NCBI GenBank assembly: GCA_030704615.1
Contig: CM060731.1
Coordinates: forward strand, 18,352,001 to 18,416,000
DNA length: 64,000 bases
Origin: Takakia lepidozioides
Taxonomy: Eukaryota; Plantae; Bryophyta
Direction: 5' to 3'
How positions within the stretch are numbered: the stretch's first letter is position 1; each line of letters starts with the position of its first letter. The translations under genes were made by a program, and so were the position numbers. Positions 49,401-60,400 of the stretch are shown piece after piece. Below the pieces are notes generated by a model. It saw only the letters and a list, made by a program, of their open reading frames with translations, had not been told where the DNA came from and did no database searches.

Positions 49401-52108
49401 AGAAATTTGCGAAACTGTTTCAATTTGTGCTCATATTGAGTACAATTCTATACTAGTTTTTTTTAATTAATTATTGCCAATGAGACTCTACAACAAATGA
49501 GTCATTAACTCAAATAGATGTGATATATTTGGAAGTGGTTGTGGGTTCAATCCAACCTTGGTGTCACAAAGGTGTCCATCTTTCTAGCGGAAGGCAGTAA
49601 TCCTTCGGGGTGATGAGACACCATAATTTACGCTTCCTTCGGGAGGCGTCAAATATAATGCTATATTTGGATGATTATTATCATTCGCAGCTAACGAAAT
49701 GTTGTTGTTTATGATATTATAATATTGTAAATATAGTTTAACAGTTCAATTTCTTCTTGTAATGGTACGCCTCATGTCACTACGAAGGTTTTTATCACTG
49801 CATTGGTATATAGGTGAAGGATCGGTACATATAGTGGTATTAGATTCCAGACCAGTCCGTATCATTTAAGAGAATACTTGGTCATATACCAGACCAGGTT
49901 GGTGTCAATTTTTTCATACCGGCCACAATATCAGTACTCCTCCGCCGTCGTAGTAAACGGGACTACTGGAGAGTCGAAACAGACAATGTGGGCCCACGGG
50001 GGCATTTCAGACGGCAGACAGAAGTGGGGTCAACGACTCCGGAGTCGTAGCAGAATTCCGGGCTATTTTACGAATTGCGTAAATACATAAAATTTGAAAA
50101 AGCCAAAATTACAAGTGGTTGTAATTACTGCACATGCGACTACAAATTTTCTTTCCTAATTCGATTAATGGAATAAAGATATTTATTCATTAAAGTGAAT
50201 ATGTAGTCGACTCAACGACTCCATGAACCACTGCGCATTCATTGCACCCATGACTCGGCAGCACATTTGCTGACGTGGCTTTCACAAAAAGAGGTAAACA
50301 AAATGTGGCCTTGGGGGAATAGATATTTTAATACGTGCTGCCTCCACCTGGCAGAGACAAGGATGCAAGTGCTGCGTCGGACATGGCGGGACGTGGGAAT
50401 GCAAATCCTGACACGGCAAGGCCTTCGTATACTGTGAGCGCGCGTAGTGGCTTCTCAAAACGGTGTGACATCGGGGTCTTGGTCATTCAACATTTACATA
50501 ATGTGCTGGATGGAGGCACGATGGAGCGCGCATACGGGCATGCCCTTCTGGCATCAATTCCCAAGTATCCACGCAAGGTGAGGCTGCTGAATTGGGTTTT
50601 TGCCCGTCTAGTTTTCTGACAGCATGCTCGAAACGTTCATAGTGCCATTGAGTGGCATCGCAATAATTTGATGTGTAGCTGCTTTTCCATTTCACAAGTT
50701 ATGCAGAAGGCGTCACAGAAGAAGATCGCAAATACGTCAAGGCTGAAGAATATGCCATTTGGTTGTGAACTACAATGAAGGCAGTTGTGACACCAGAGAA
50801 ACTGGAAACTACCTCCAAGAAAGTTGAAACTCGCAAGATAGTCATGTATTCGTCTCATTATCTCCAACTGGGATTCCGAGTTATCATCCGACTCTTTACA
50901 TGTGCGCTGGAATGGAGTATAATTCTGGTTTAGGCAGTTATTGCCACCAGACGTTCGCTTCTCCAATTTTTACATTTAAGGATGTGTCTGTGTTTATGGC
51001 ACTCTTTCTCCCAATGAGGCCTGAGTACCCCCCTGTACTTGCAAGAATTTGATGTGTAGCTGCTTTACCCTTTCATAAATTATGAAGAAGCAGTCACAGA
51101 AGAAGATTGCAAAGAGGCCTTGAAAGCGTTCATTAAGGTTGTGAACTACAATCATATCATGCCAAACCAGCGGCGGCAGATGGTGTCATGAGACATTCTG
51201 CGATTTGCGCATAGGTGGACTTAATTTTGATGTTGACTTGAAGGCAGTTGTGACACCAGTGAAACTGGAAACTACAGGTAAGATGATGGCGTGCTGCATC
51301 GCGACATAAACCTGCATTTGACATTCAGGCTTAGGATTCATGCAATTTGGTGCTAGTCAGGCCTGCACAATTCCAGAGCACAAGTGGGAGCCCATCCGAG
51401 GGATGGGGACCTCGTAAGTGCTTCTTCATTTTGTACTCACCTTGTTTTTGCATCGCATTTGTGCTACAAGGGGCAGAGCCATTCATTTGGCTGGAGGTTC
51501 AATTCCTCTACAAGTGAGCTATTCCCATGTCACTACAATCAGTTAGATATGTTTGTGGTGGTTGCTGGATTTGCGGCTCTGGGGTGTCTTGCCAAGTGCT
51601 TGCAGGGATCAACGTTAATGTGGACGTGGCAGTACATGTAGCAAAAAAACTCATTCACTGGTGAAGAAAGATCATGTTGCAACATATGTCATGTTATTGC
51701 TTCGAGAGTGCTGCTGTTGGGCAGGTGGGAGAATGCAACAACGGTGAGAAAGAAAGCAAGGGAAGCACAAAAAGGTGTCGTTCGGTCCTGCTCCTTTGGA
51801 GACACCCCCCATTCCACTGGTCTTTGTTCTTGGAAAGCATGCAGATGGGCCAGAAAATGCATGCACACATTCACGTCTACTTCCCGTACATGAAGACGAT
51901 CCTCTCCTCACATGTTAGAAACAATATTGGCAGAACAAAAAAATGTTTGTTCACAAGACAGTACGGACCACATACCGGGACATTATCGATACTATCAACT
52001 GTCTCGCCCTTGCGCGCTTGCAGGACTGTACAAAATGGGTTCTAAGGACAGTAAGAGTCCTTAGCATAGCTCTCGTCTATGAGCTGTTGGCTTAATGGAC
52101 ACTGAGAT

Positions 52109-52995
52109 TCAGCTGGGCTCACTATCTGTATCCAAATAATCTTCCCCTTCACTACCCACATCTGCAATTTGCCTTGCGGTAATTACCAACCCTGGAATGT
52201 CTTCCTCATTAAAGGTAACTGCTCCTTCCAAAGAGACTGGTTCGGCCGTATCTGGTAGATTTCGTGGTTCCCTCAGACCCTCGTGGTCGGCATTCTCCCC
52301 TAGGTCCAGATCATGGACGTCGGCCACGACTCGTTTGGCCCGGGGGTCCTTGTGAAGAAGCACCTTCCATCCCGGCGCATGGGTGTCATCTGAAAAGAAA
52401 ACTTGCTCAACTTGCGATGGGAAGATGAATGGCTCTTCATCTTGTGGTAGCATTTTTCTGAAATCAACAAGGAGGAACCCGTACTCATCCCGTTTCATGG
52501 TGGCATTCTCTCCTACCATATTGGCTTTTACCCAAGAACAACGGAATAGAATTGGCTTCACAAGACCATAGTCTAGTTTAAGGATCTCTTTGATTACTCC
52601 TACATATTGCACATGGCATGAAATTGGATTCCGATCTCGTGCACAACTCCTACTCTCTTGTTCAAAAAATGATGTCACTCCGTTGTCATAAGTCACCAGG
52701 AGGCTGGTGTTGGCATCATCCACTCTATAGTGATTGCCATATGCTTCATTGACCGGTACGAAGTGGCAATCAGCCCTGGGGGGAATGACAGACTCACCAT
52801 GCCCTCATCTGGGTCCTCGTTCTCTGATGCGTACACTGCAATTGCAAATCTGACCCACACTGTAAAGGGCTGCAGCTCCTCCATTGTTGTGGGGTACTCC
52901 ACCGAGGATCTGCGCCTACGACCGCCCCTCCACCATGCTTTTGCAAATGCACTCCGTTCCGTTTTCAGGCGGACCTTCTCCGCTGCGTACTTTCT
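52109..52995 (-). pseudogene. CACTA TnpD C-terminal module (DUF4216-like), one frameshift near 52740
   Basis: YVGVIKEILKLDY...PILFRCSWV...DEYGFLLVDF...EPFIFPSQVEQVFFSDD...GWKVLL. Confidence 0.85.
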
Positions 52996-53419
52996 GGCAG
53001 AAACCAAATAGAAGCTGCAACTCAGTCCCCCTGACCAACACCGTACTGTACATGCATGCCACATGCAGAGTGTGTGTCCTTTCAAGCACACTGTAGTGAT
53101 GCAGCCTACTTCATAATCACTTGCAAGCAACAACCAAGATCTACGAAACACCCTCTGTAGTCGTCTGAAGCACCCTGTTAGTACACGATCCCACTCCCAT
53201 AGTGGCCGGACAGGGATGCCTCGGCGTGAGCCTGGTCACGTGAGCGCGTGAGCGCAACTGCGCTCACGCCACGTCACCTTGCGCAAATGCCACGTCACGG
53301 GGCTCAGTACACGTCATCACACGTGAAGGCCGCGTCACCACGCGCCCAGAAAGAAGTGGAGTGTATTCCCGCGGTATGGCACACTTTACCGCGGAAACAA
53401 GCTGGACGACTTAATAAAA

Positions 53420-53790
53420 GGCATTGAATAAAGGATGGATGAATGTACAATTGGATGATAAACAGATGGATGAGTGTGAAAAATGTATGTAGATGGATGA
53501 ATGATGGATGGATAAGAGTAAAATGGATGAATGTATAATGGATGTTGAGCAATGACAAAAATTCATGACAGGAAGATGCATGACCAAATCTTTTGACGAA
53601 TGCACAACGTATATGAAATGAGTGTGGAAGGTTTGTGGGGTGGATTAAAGAGTACAGAGGATGAATGTACAATGGATGTTGTACAAAGGAAGCTTTCATG
53701 AATGGAGCACGCATGAATACAGTGTAGATGAATGCACAATGGATATGAGAAGAGTCAGGGAGGTTTGTGAGATGGATTCATACATATAGC
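53420..53790 (+). repeat. Degenerate ATGGATGA-rich low-complexity repeat
   Basis: Recurring atggatga / gatgaatgtacaatggat units. Confidence 0.7.
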
Positions 53791-54237
53791 AATTTAAATT
53801 AAAGTTGATTATGTGATTATTATTTGTTCTAAAGGAACAACTACGGTGGAGGAAATGGATTCAACGTTTTCCAGATAATATGAAAATGAATATTAAAAGA
53901 ATACAGTTCAGTCTGACTTAGAGTCAGTACAATGTATCCCCTCTTCCTCTGCATCTAAGTCTAAGTATTTTAGAACACCGGATCCACGCTGGATACACCT
54001 ACGGCTGGCCACTAAAAAGTCAGGGGATAGGGACTCGGCCACGTGAAGTGCCATTGCTTCGGCATAAACAGGAAGCAGAAAATTGGAAAGGGGGCTGTCG
54101 AAAACAGACTCGCCAGAAATGACTGTATCTCCTGAAGATCCACCGCTGCCTTTCCTGAAAGACAGCCTGAAAAAATTAGTACTGTAACTTTGATGTTATC
54201 GAGAAATTGAGTATGACTCCCAAAGAGGGTTTAGCAC

Positions 54238-55504
54238 TTACTCACATGAAAAGTCGTTGTCGACCTGCTTATCTTCAGGATCGTCATCATTTCGAATTTG
54301 AATCCGATCAGTCTGTGTGCCTGAAGTGGAGCCAGACAAAAGGGGGAGGAGCACGGTGTTGTAGAGGTCAGAATCACCCTCCATGCCAAAAAGGCTTCTT
54401 CCGCCTGCCTTGCATGCGTGGTAAGTTGCTCCTGCACCAGACAGGAGAACATGAACAGTTTGGAGGGGGGGATTTAAGCAGATGAAACTGTTGAAAGGAA
54501 ACCAATTCGGAAGAGAAAAAACGAACCTGTGGACACAGAAAGATCGACCACCCGTGCAAAGCGGTGGCTGCATGACTCCAGCAGTATTTGCATGAATGCT
54601 AGTGACTTTTCCTTTGCACCTCTCCAGGGAGTGTCATCTGGTCTCTTCAGAGTCTGACTGGACTGCATGAAGTTGTACAAAATGTCATCGACATGGGGCT
54701 CATAGGGGGGGTTGACGAAACAACCCTGGTCAGAAATCTCAAAGCTGCGGATGGAGGATGGTGTCTTTGATGTGCGAATCCTCCGCAGGCAGATCGCCTC
54801 GAACATCCTCGTCTGGCAAAGATAGCAGGTTAGCGTGGTAAACACAATCTATAGTGGAAGTGCGTACATCGGCTATTCAGAACTCTGACACAAAAAAATC
54901 ATGAATCGGTGATGATCGATGTCGATCATAAAACATTTTACTAGAGTGGAGCTGCAGAGAAAATTGAAACTCATGATCAAAGCACAAGCAGAAGGGAGAC
55001 GACATACCAGCGGAAACCCCCTTTCACAAGGTATAGGCTGTTCACACAATTCCATGTGCGCAAAACTTCAAACCCTGAAGACTTGAGGTATGATGCCAAT
55101 GCCCGACAACTATCATTGTCACATGACTGAAAAAGCAGAAGTGTCCCTGCATCAGAGAGGAAATTGTTACAGAACCCGAACACCCAACTCCAGTAGTTGT
55201 CCTCGAATTTGTTCCAGCCTGGCGTCTTGCCCTTTGGAAGAACTTCTGGCACAGCCTGGCCATCCGGGATGTCGAGAATGACAATGTCGGCCGCATAAGT
55301 TTTCTGCACACCGCACACGAAGGTGGGACCTGCCTGCAACAGACATGTTTTTTATAAGAACGATGGCAAGATTGTTTTCAAAGAACGAGACTGAAATACT
55401 GCCAACGAAACTTTCAGAGAAAAAGGAAAGAAACTGGAATTCTCACCAGATTGAGGAATGAGATTATATTGTCCCAGGTAGGGGATGGCACCCCAGTGTA
55501 TCAT
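54238..55504 (-). CDS. Intron-containing beta-class N6-adenine/N4-cytosine DNA methyltransferase-like protein; 5' end uncertain
   Basis: Exons 55504-55447, ~55329-55008, 54951-54942, 54812-54527 and 54431-54238 splice in frame via GT-AG. Motif order ADIVILDIPD (IV), FLSDAGTLLLF (VI), SGFEVLRTW (VII), FEAICL (VIII), EKSLAFMQILLE (X), VVDLSVSTGAT (I), GRSLFGMEGD (II). Confidence 0.75.
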
Positions 55505-55829
55505 CTCTTTCGACTCTGCATCATCGAAAGCCAACCCTCATTAACAATTTTCATCTCTCCTGCTGAATCAGAACGGGAAGGGTGTGGCTTGGCATCGAAC
55601 ACGCACTGAAGAGTGCGGGTATATCTTCCAGCAGTAAAGTCCTGCCCACTCTCCATCTCCTTTTCTCATTTCCTCTAATTTATGTGTACATATACCTATA
55701 TATTTGTATTTATGTATATTTTTTTCTTTATGTGTATTGTATTTGTTTTCACTTGATATTTGCTATTTGATAAACTTGTAATTCAAGATGGCTTTGGAAT
55801 GAAACCAGAATTGATGTCTCCGACCAACT

Positions 55830-55980
55830 AGTATTGTGGTCATGATACTCATACTCATACCAATATCTGGAAAAAAATACATCCACCATTATATAGACCA
55901 GACTGGTAGGAAAGTAGATACTAGATACGTCTAGTACCAAGACCAGTTTGTTATGTCCTAAACCTGATACCACAACACTG
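55830..55980. mobile_element. Small degenerate MITE-like element; a related relic lies at ~49830-49935
   Basis: Imperfect inverted ends agtattgtggt / accacaacactg with internal accag repeats. Confidence 0.4.
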
Positions 55981-56844
55981 GTTTTACCTTTTTCTTTTCA
56001 CAAATTCCAATCAATTTTTTCTATGCAGTATTAATATATATGTATATATACCATGTAACTAACCCTATTGACACATCTGTATCCTATGTCCGCTTATGAG
56101 TTGTATTTTCGTTTGCAGATATGTTACCCCAATAACCGCAGATTATGCTCATGTGGGGTTTTTCTTCCTTGTGCTTCTCTCAAAGCACTAATTTTCCTAG
56201 GATTGCTTGGAGAAGACGCCATTCCATCTTTTCTATTTTTTCTATTGGGTGATTCGTCTCACTTAAGTTGCCCGACCAACCACCTTTCAAGTTTCTCGTG
56301 TTGCTTGTGATGCGAAAGTTGCCTTCACGTGCCACTCGTGCTAGGGAACAAGTGGGTCATGGATGGTGACATAGGATATGCCAACTCAACATCAGTGGCT
56401 TTGTGTCGCACTGAAGTAATCCAATGTGCAGTTCCGTGCACTCTACAATTTCTTTGTTCATTTCCAATCCAAGGGGGAGGACGTTGAATTCTTCATTTGT
56501 CTAATTTTAGCCATATATTCCACAAAGGTTACAATCGGATTTAAACCAAAGACTTTTTCCTTAACATGGGCAATCACTTGACCTATGTGGCCTAGCATGT
56601 AGCCACTGTGTATTTATTAAGGAAGGCCAAGATCTGGCTCAACGAAAAGATTCTACGATGTTTTTTATTCTTAGCAAGGCTGTTTTTGCAATCTAAAGGC
56701 TTATGGAACCAAAAAATCAATTTGTGAAACGAAGTGCAGAAATGGAAAGTTGTCCCGGTCTTTGGGGGAAGGCATAGCGACATGTATTATAAAACATCAT
56801 TCATATAAATGCTTATGCTATTTTCTTGCAAAATAGTTAGATTA

Positions 56845-56917
56845 TGGAGAAGATGGGATTTGAACCCACAGCTTCATGCTTGCAAAACATGCACTCTAAT
56901 AATTGAACTACGTACTT
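56845..56917 (-). pseudogene. tRNA-Ala(UGC)-like pseudogene
   Basis: Minus strand GTAGTTCAATTATTAGAGTGCATGTT-TTGCAA-GCATG...GTGGGTTCAAATCCCATCTTCTCCA; the acceptor stem and D-loop GG are degraded. Confidence 0.65.
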
Positions 56918-57479
56918 ATGAGAAAATAGAGAACCCAGCTATAACACTGTTGTTTATGATTACTAGAAATATTTATTTCATTATTATTATTATTATTATT
57001 ATTTTGTATGCCTCATGGGATTATGTACATGTTATAAAGTTCAACAAGTTATATGCAAGGATCCCACAATATAGGATGTGTTTTAAAGCATCTCACATTG
57101 CCAAATACCTTCATAGTTACAAGGCTTGAGAGAGACTTTGGCACTTCCACATATATATGTAGTGAGGGTTTTAAGAAATTTCTTTCGAATAATTCAGAGC
57201 AAGTTTTTCCATCCGGTTTAAAATAAATATATTGATCATAGACAATGTAAGACCTTTATGACATTCCCGTTTGCAAACACATTCCCCCTATTAAGTTACC
57301 TTGGATTGTGCTTGTGCAAACCTTTTTGTAGTGCTAGGCGGTTATTTGATTTTTATCATAACCTCCGGTTCCGGTTGCTTCAAGCTATGAAAAACTAACT
57401 TTAACATTTGGTTCCAAATAATTATGCCTATGTGTAACCTCCGGTTCCAGCTACTAGCACAAATATAAAAGAATGTCTA

Positions 57480-58386
57480 ATTATTATATACACTTAATAT
57501 TGTAATACTATAAACAGTGACGGTATTTTGCTAGTGAAAGGTGAGGATGATGATGGAAATGATTTGACGCATGGATGTGGATATGGAATAGTCACAAGGT
57601 TAATGACAGGTTCGAAGGTAAGGGACATATATTAACTATGAATAATTTCTTCAGCAACCCTGTCCTTTTCTATTACTTAGCAGCCAAGTCCATATGTGCC
57701 ACTGATATAGTGAAATAATGAGGGTGGGGTTTCTCTGCTTGGATTTGGGTAAGAGTGGTGAGGGGGAGGCTAGAATGACGCATGTATATGTCCAGTAAAT
57801 TGACTGCTATTTTTTGGATGGACAAGAAATAGTGACCCTCTTGAGCAAAGCCATCTTCCCTGTGGGTGATGATTGTTTCATTGAAGTAAGGCATGGAGGG
57901 GCTAGACGTCTTGTGCCCACCTCCCCCATAGTATTGCACTATCAGCACCACATGCGGGGGGTGGATGTACAAGACAATTATATGGTTACTACTCAGTACA
58001 GACCTGTGACCACAAGTGGTGGCATAAGCTGTACTTCCACGACGTTGACACATCTTTGGTCAATTTATACCTTTTGCACCTTGACTGGATGGCAGCAAAG
58101 GGCCGGACGCCTCGTAGCCACATACTATCAATTTAGAAGTAACGAAGGGACTAACGGAGGGGTGGGTTGCTCCAGGAGAATAGTGATGTTAGGTTCAGAC
58201 AAGCCCAACCTAGGTGCAGTGCACTTTTCTCTCGAAAGTAGTAGGAAGAGGAAGTGTATTGAATGCGGGGTCCGACAAAGTTACATCTGTGCAATGTATG
58301 GTAATATCCCCATGTGCCTTTGGACATTGTTTTATGAAAAGCCACAAACCTCATTTGATGCATGTGATCAGTTTTTGGTTTATTGA
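57480..58386 (+). pseudogene. piggyBac-like transposase relic
   Basis: GHILTMNNFFS, WMDK, YQHHMRGVDVQD, KWWHKLYF and a Cys-rich tail RKRKCIECG...IC...PMCL. Confidence 0.8.
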
Positions 58387-59319
58387 AGCTTGTGGTATTG
58401 TAGAGATGTGGAGACTCTTCGGAAAGAGGGGGTATCCACCTTGCATTTGTCTTTTTATGTTGTAGTCTTTCTGTCTGTATCTAAACACTGTAATAGATAA
58501 GTGCATACATGCTATCATTGAGCTTGAAGAGGTTTTACTGAATGCTTTAGTATAAAGAGTCGCTTGACAAGTCCTAGTGTAAGATTGGATACGTGTTATA
58601 GAGATTTTTTGCAGTCTACCTAATCTGTAGGTCATTGTTTTTGGCTTGTGCAACAATTCGAGACCAGACTTGGGGTGCAGCCAGTTCATACATGTAGTTG
58701 CATGACATCTGAATTTTCTTATTGCAATGAGTTTTGGTACCTTAGTGCTTATTGCGTAATATTTTAGTGAATGGTTTCAGCTACTACCGCTGCAACAATA
58801 TGTATCTATAGTACTACAAAATTGTATAGAATTGTTTGATTCAATGGCATTTGCTTAGTGGGGGAAGGGTAAATCAGCTCTTCATATTGCGACAAGCATG
58901 AATTCTTCGGAAAGACTAAATCACTGTCAAGTTTCATGTTGGGAAGTAAAAGGTGATAGATTAGGTCGTTAGTCCCCTTGTCAAGCAAGGGTGCATATAA
59001 GGGGGGGATCTTCTCATTTGTGTTCATGTGTGAGCTGTCAATTGGGGTAATTTATAAGTGTGTTCAAATCCCCACTCATATAATGCAATTATGTGTGTTG
59101 AGATAGGAGTGGTGGGAGGTAGGAGGTTTTCCAAAATGATGGTTGTGGTCACACATTGTTGCAGCAAACATACACAACTACTTGCTTAATCAGTTATAGA
59201 AAAGTAGAGGCAGGAGACACATACTTGCAAAGAACACTCAATTATGTCATTTCGATCCACTCTTGGTTTGACCAAGTGTCACGAGCCCAATGTTTGCCCA
59301 ATCAATCTATGAAGCCAGA

Positions 59320-59630
59320 CGTTTGTTTTGTTTGTTTTGTTTTGTTTTGTTTTATCACGTTGAGATGTCCCAAACCGCGAGGCCTCGGCGCTGGTGCTTG
59401 GTACCGTTGGAAAGCCCTCGATGAAGAGGGGTGCACGGGCTTGGTCTCACGACTTTTGGACCTGCGGTGTGGGAGATGTGGAATTCCAAATACTTTTGGT
59501 CATTGGAAATTCCCGAAAATAGCAAAAATGGCAAAGTGGGCATTCCTGGGACAATGGTTGGAGCCTCGACGGGAGAGATATCAAGGGAAAGGTCTACGGT
59601 TCAAATCTGGTTGTAGCTCTGTGGAAAAAA
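59320..59630. repeat. Probable short interspersed repeat beginning at a (GTTTT)n tract
   Basis: (GTTTT)n followed by gttggaaagccctcgatgaagaggggtgcac, recalled as a common moss repeat (not verified by search). Confidence 0.4.
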
Positions 59631-59664
59631 AATGATTGGATATGGCTTGTTTCATATATTGATG

Positions 59665-60400
59665 CACGTGGACTTAGATGACACTGGACACTTGGGCCAA
59701 CGGCATAGGCTACACTAGAGGTCGCATTTGGGCCTCGACATAGGATACCCACTTATAAGAAATTGCACTTGGCCTTAGATTTCAATTCTTCACACATGGG
59801 CCTTGACAAGGGAGACGCTACTTGAATACATAGGGGATTGCACTTGGACTTAGATTTCAATTCTTAATACATGGGCCAATGGCGTAGGCTACCCTAGGCC
59901 TAGATCTCCAAAACAGGAGGGTCTCTAGATACGTAGGGGGTTGCACTTGGACTTAGATGACACTGGACACTTGGGGCCAACGACGCAGGCTATCCTAGAG
60001 GTCGCATTTGGGCCTCGACATAGGAGACCCACTTGGATACATATGGGATTGCACTTGGGCTTAGATGACATTGGACACTTGGGCCTGTACATGGGAAATG
60101 CACTTGGATACATGAATAGAAGATTGCACTTAGGCTTAGATTTCAATTCTTCACACATGGGCCAACTCCATAGGCTACACTAGAGGTCGCACTTGGGCCT
60201 CGACGTAGGAGACGCACTGGGATACATAAGAAATTGCACTTGGTCTTAGATTTCAATTCTTCACACATGGGCCAAAGGCACAGGCTACCCTACAGGATGC
60301 ATTTGGGCCTCGACATAGGAGACGCACTTGGATACATAGGGGATGGCAATTGGACTTAGATGACATTGGACACTTGGGCCAACGACACAGGCTACCCTAG
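59665..60400 (+). repeat. Complex tandem repeat (GCACTTGG / CTTAGAT / GGGCCTCGACATAGG modules)
   Basis: Repeated shuffled blocks ttgcacttggacttagat, gacactggacacttgggccaac and aggctacactagaggtcgcatttgggcctcgac. Confidence 0.9.

Noticed and set aside
49585-49650. Hammerhead ribozyme
   Set aside because: It has GTGATGAG rather than CTGATGAG and no correctly placed GAAA core.
54238-55504. Bacterial contamination as the source of the methyltransferase
   Set aside because: It has four spliceosomal introns, a decayed paralog nearby and plant transposon context.
49829-55980. One large TIR element bounded by the accag-rich segments and carrying the MTase-like gene
   Set aside because: Each segment seems to have its own short inverted ends and no shared TSD was seen; two independent MITE relics explain it better.
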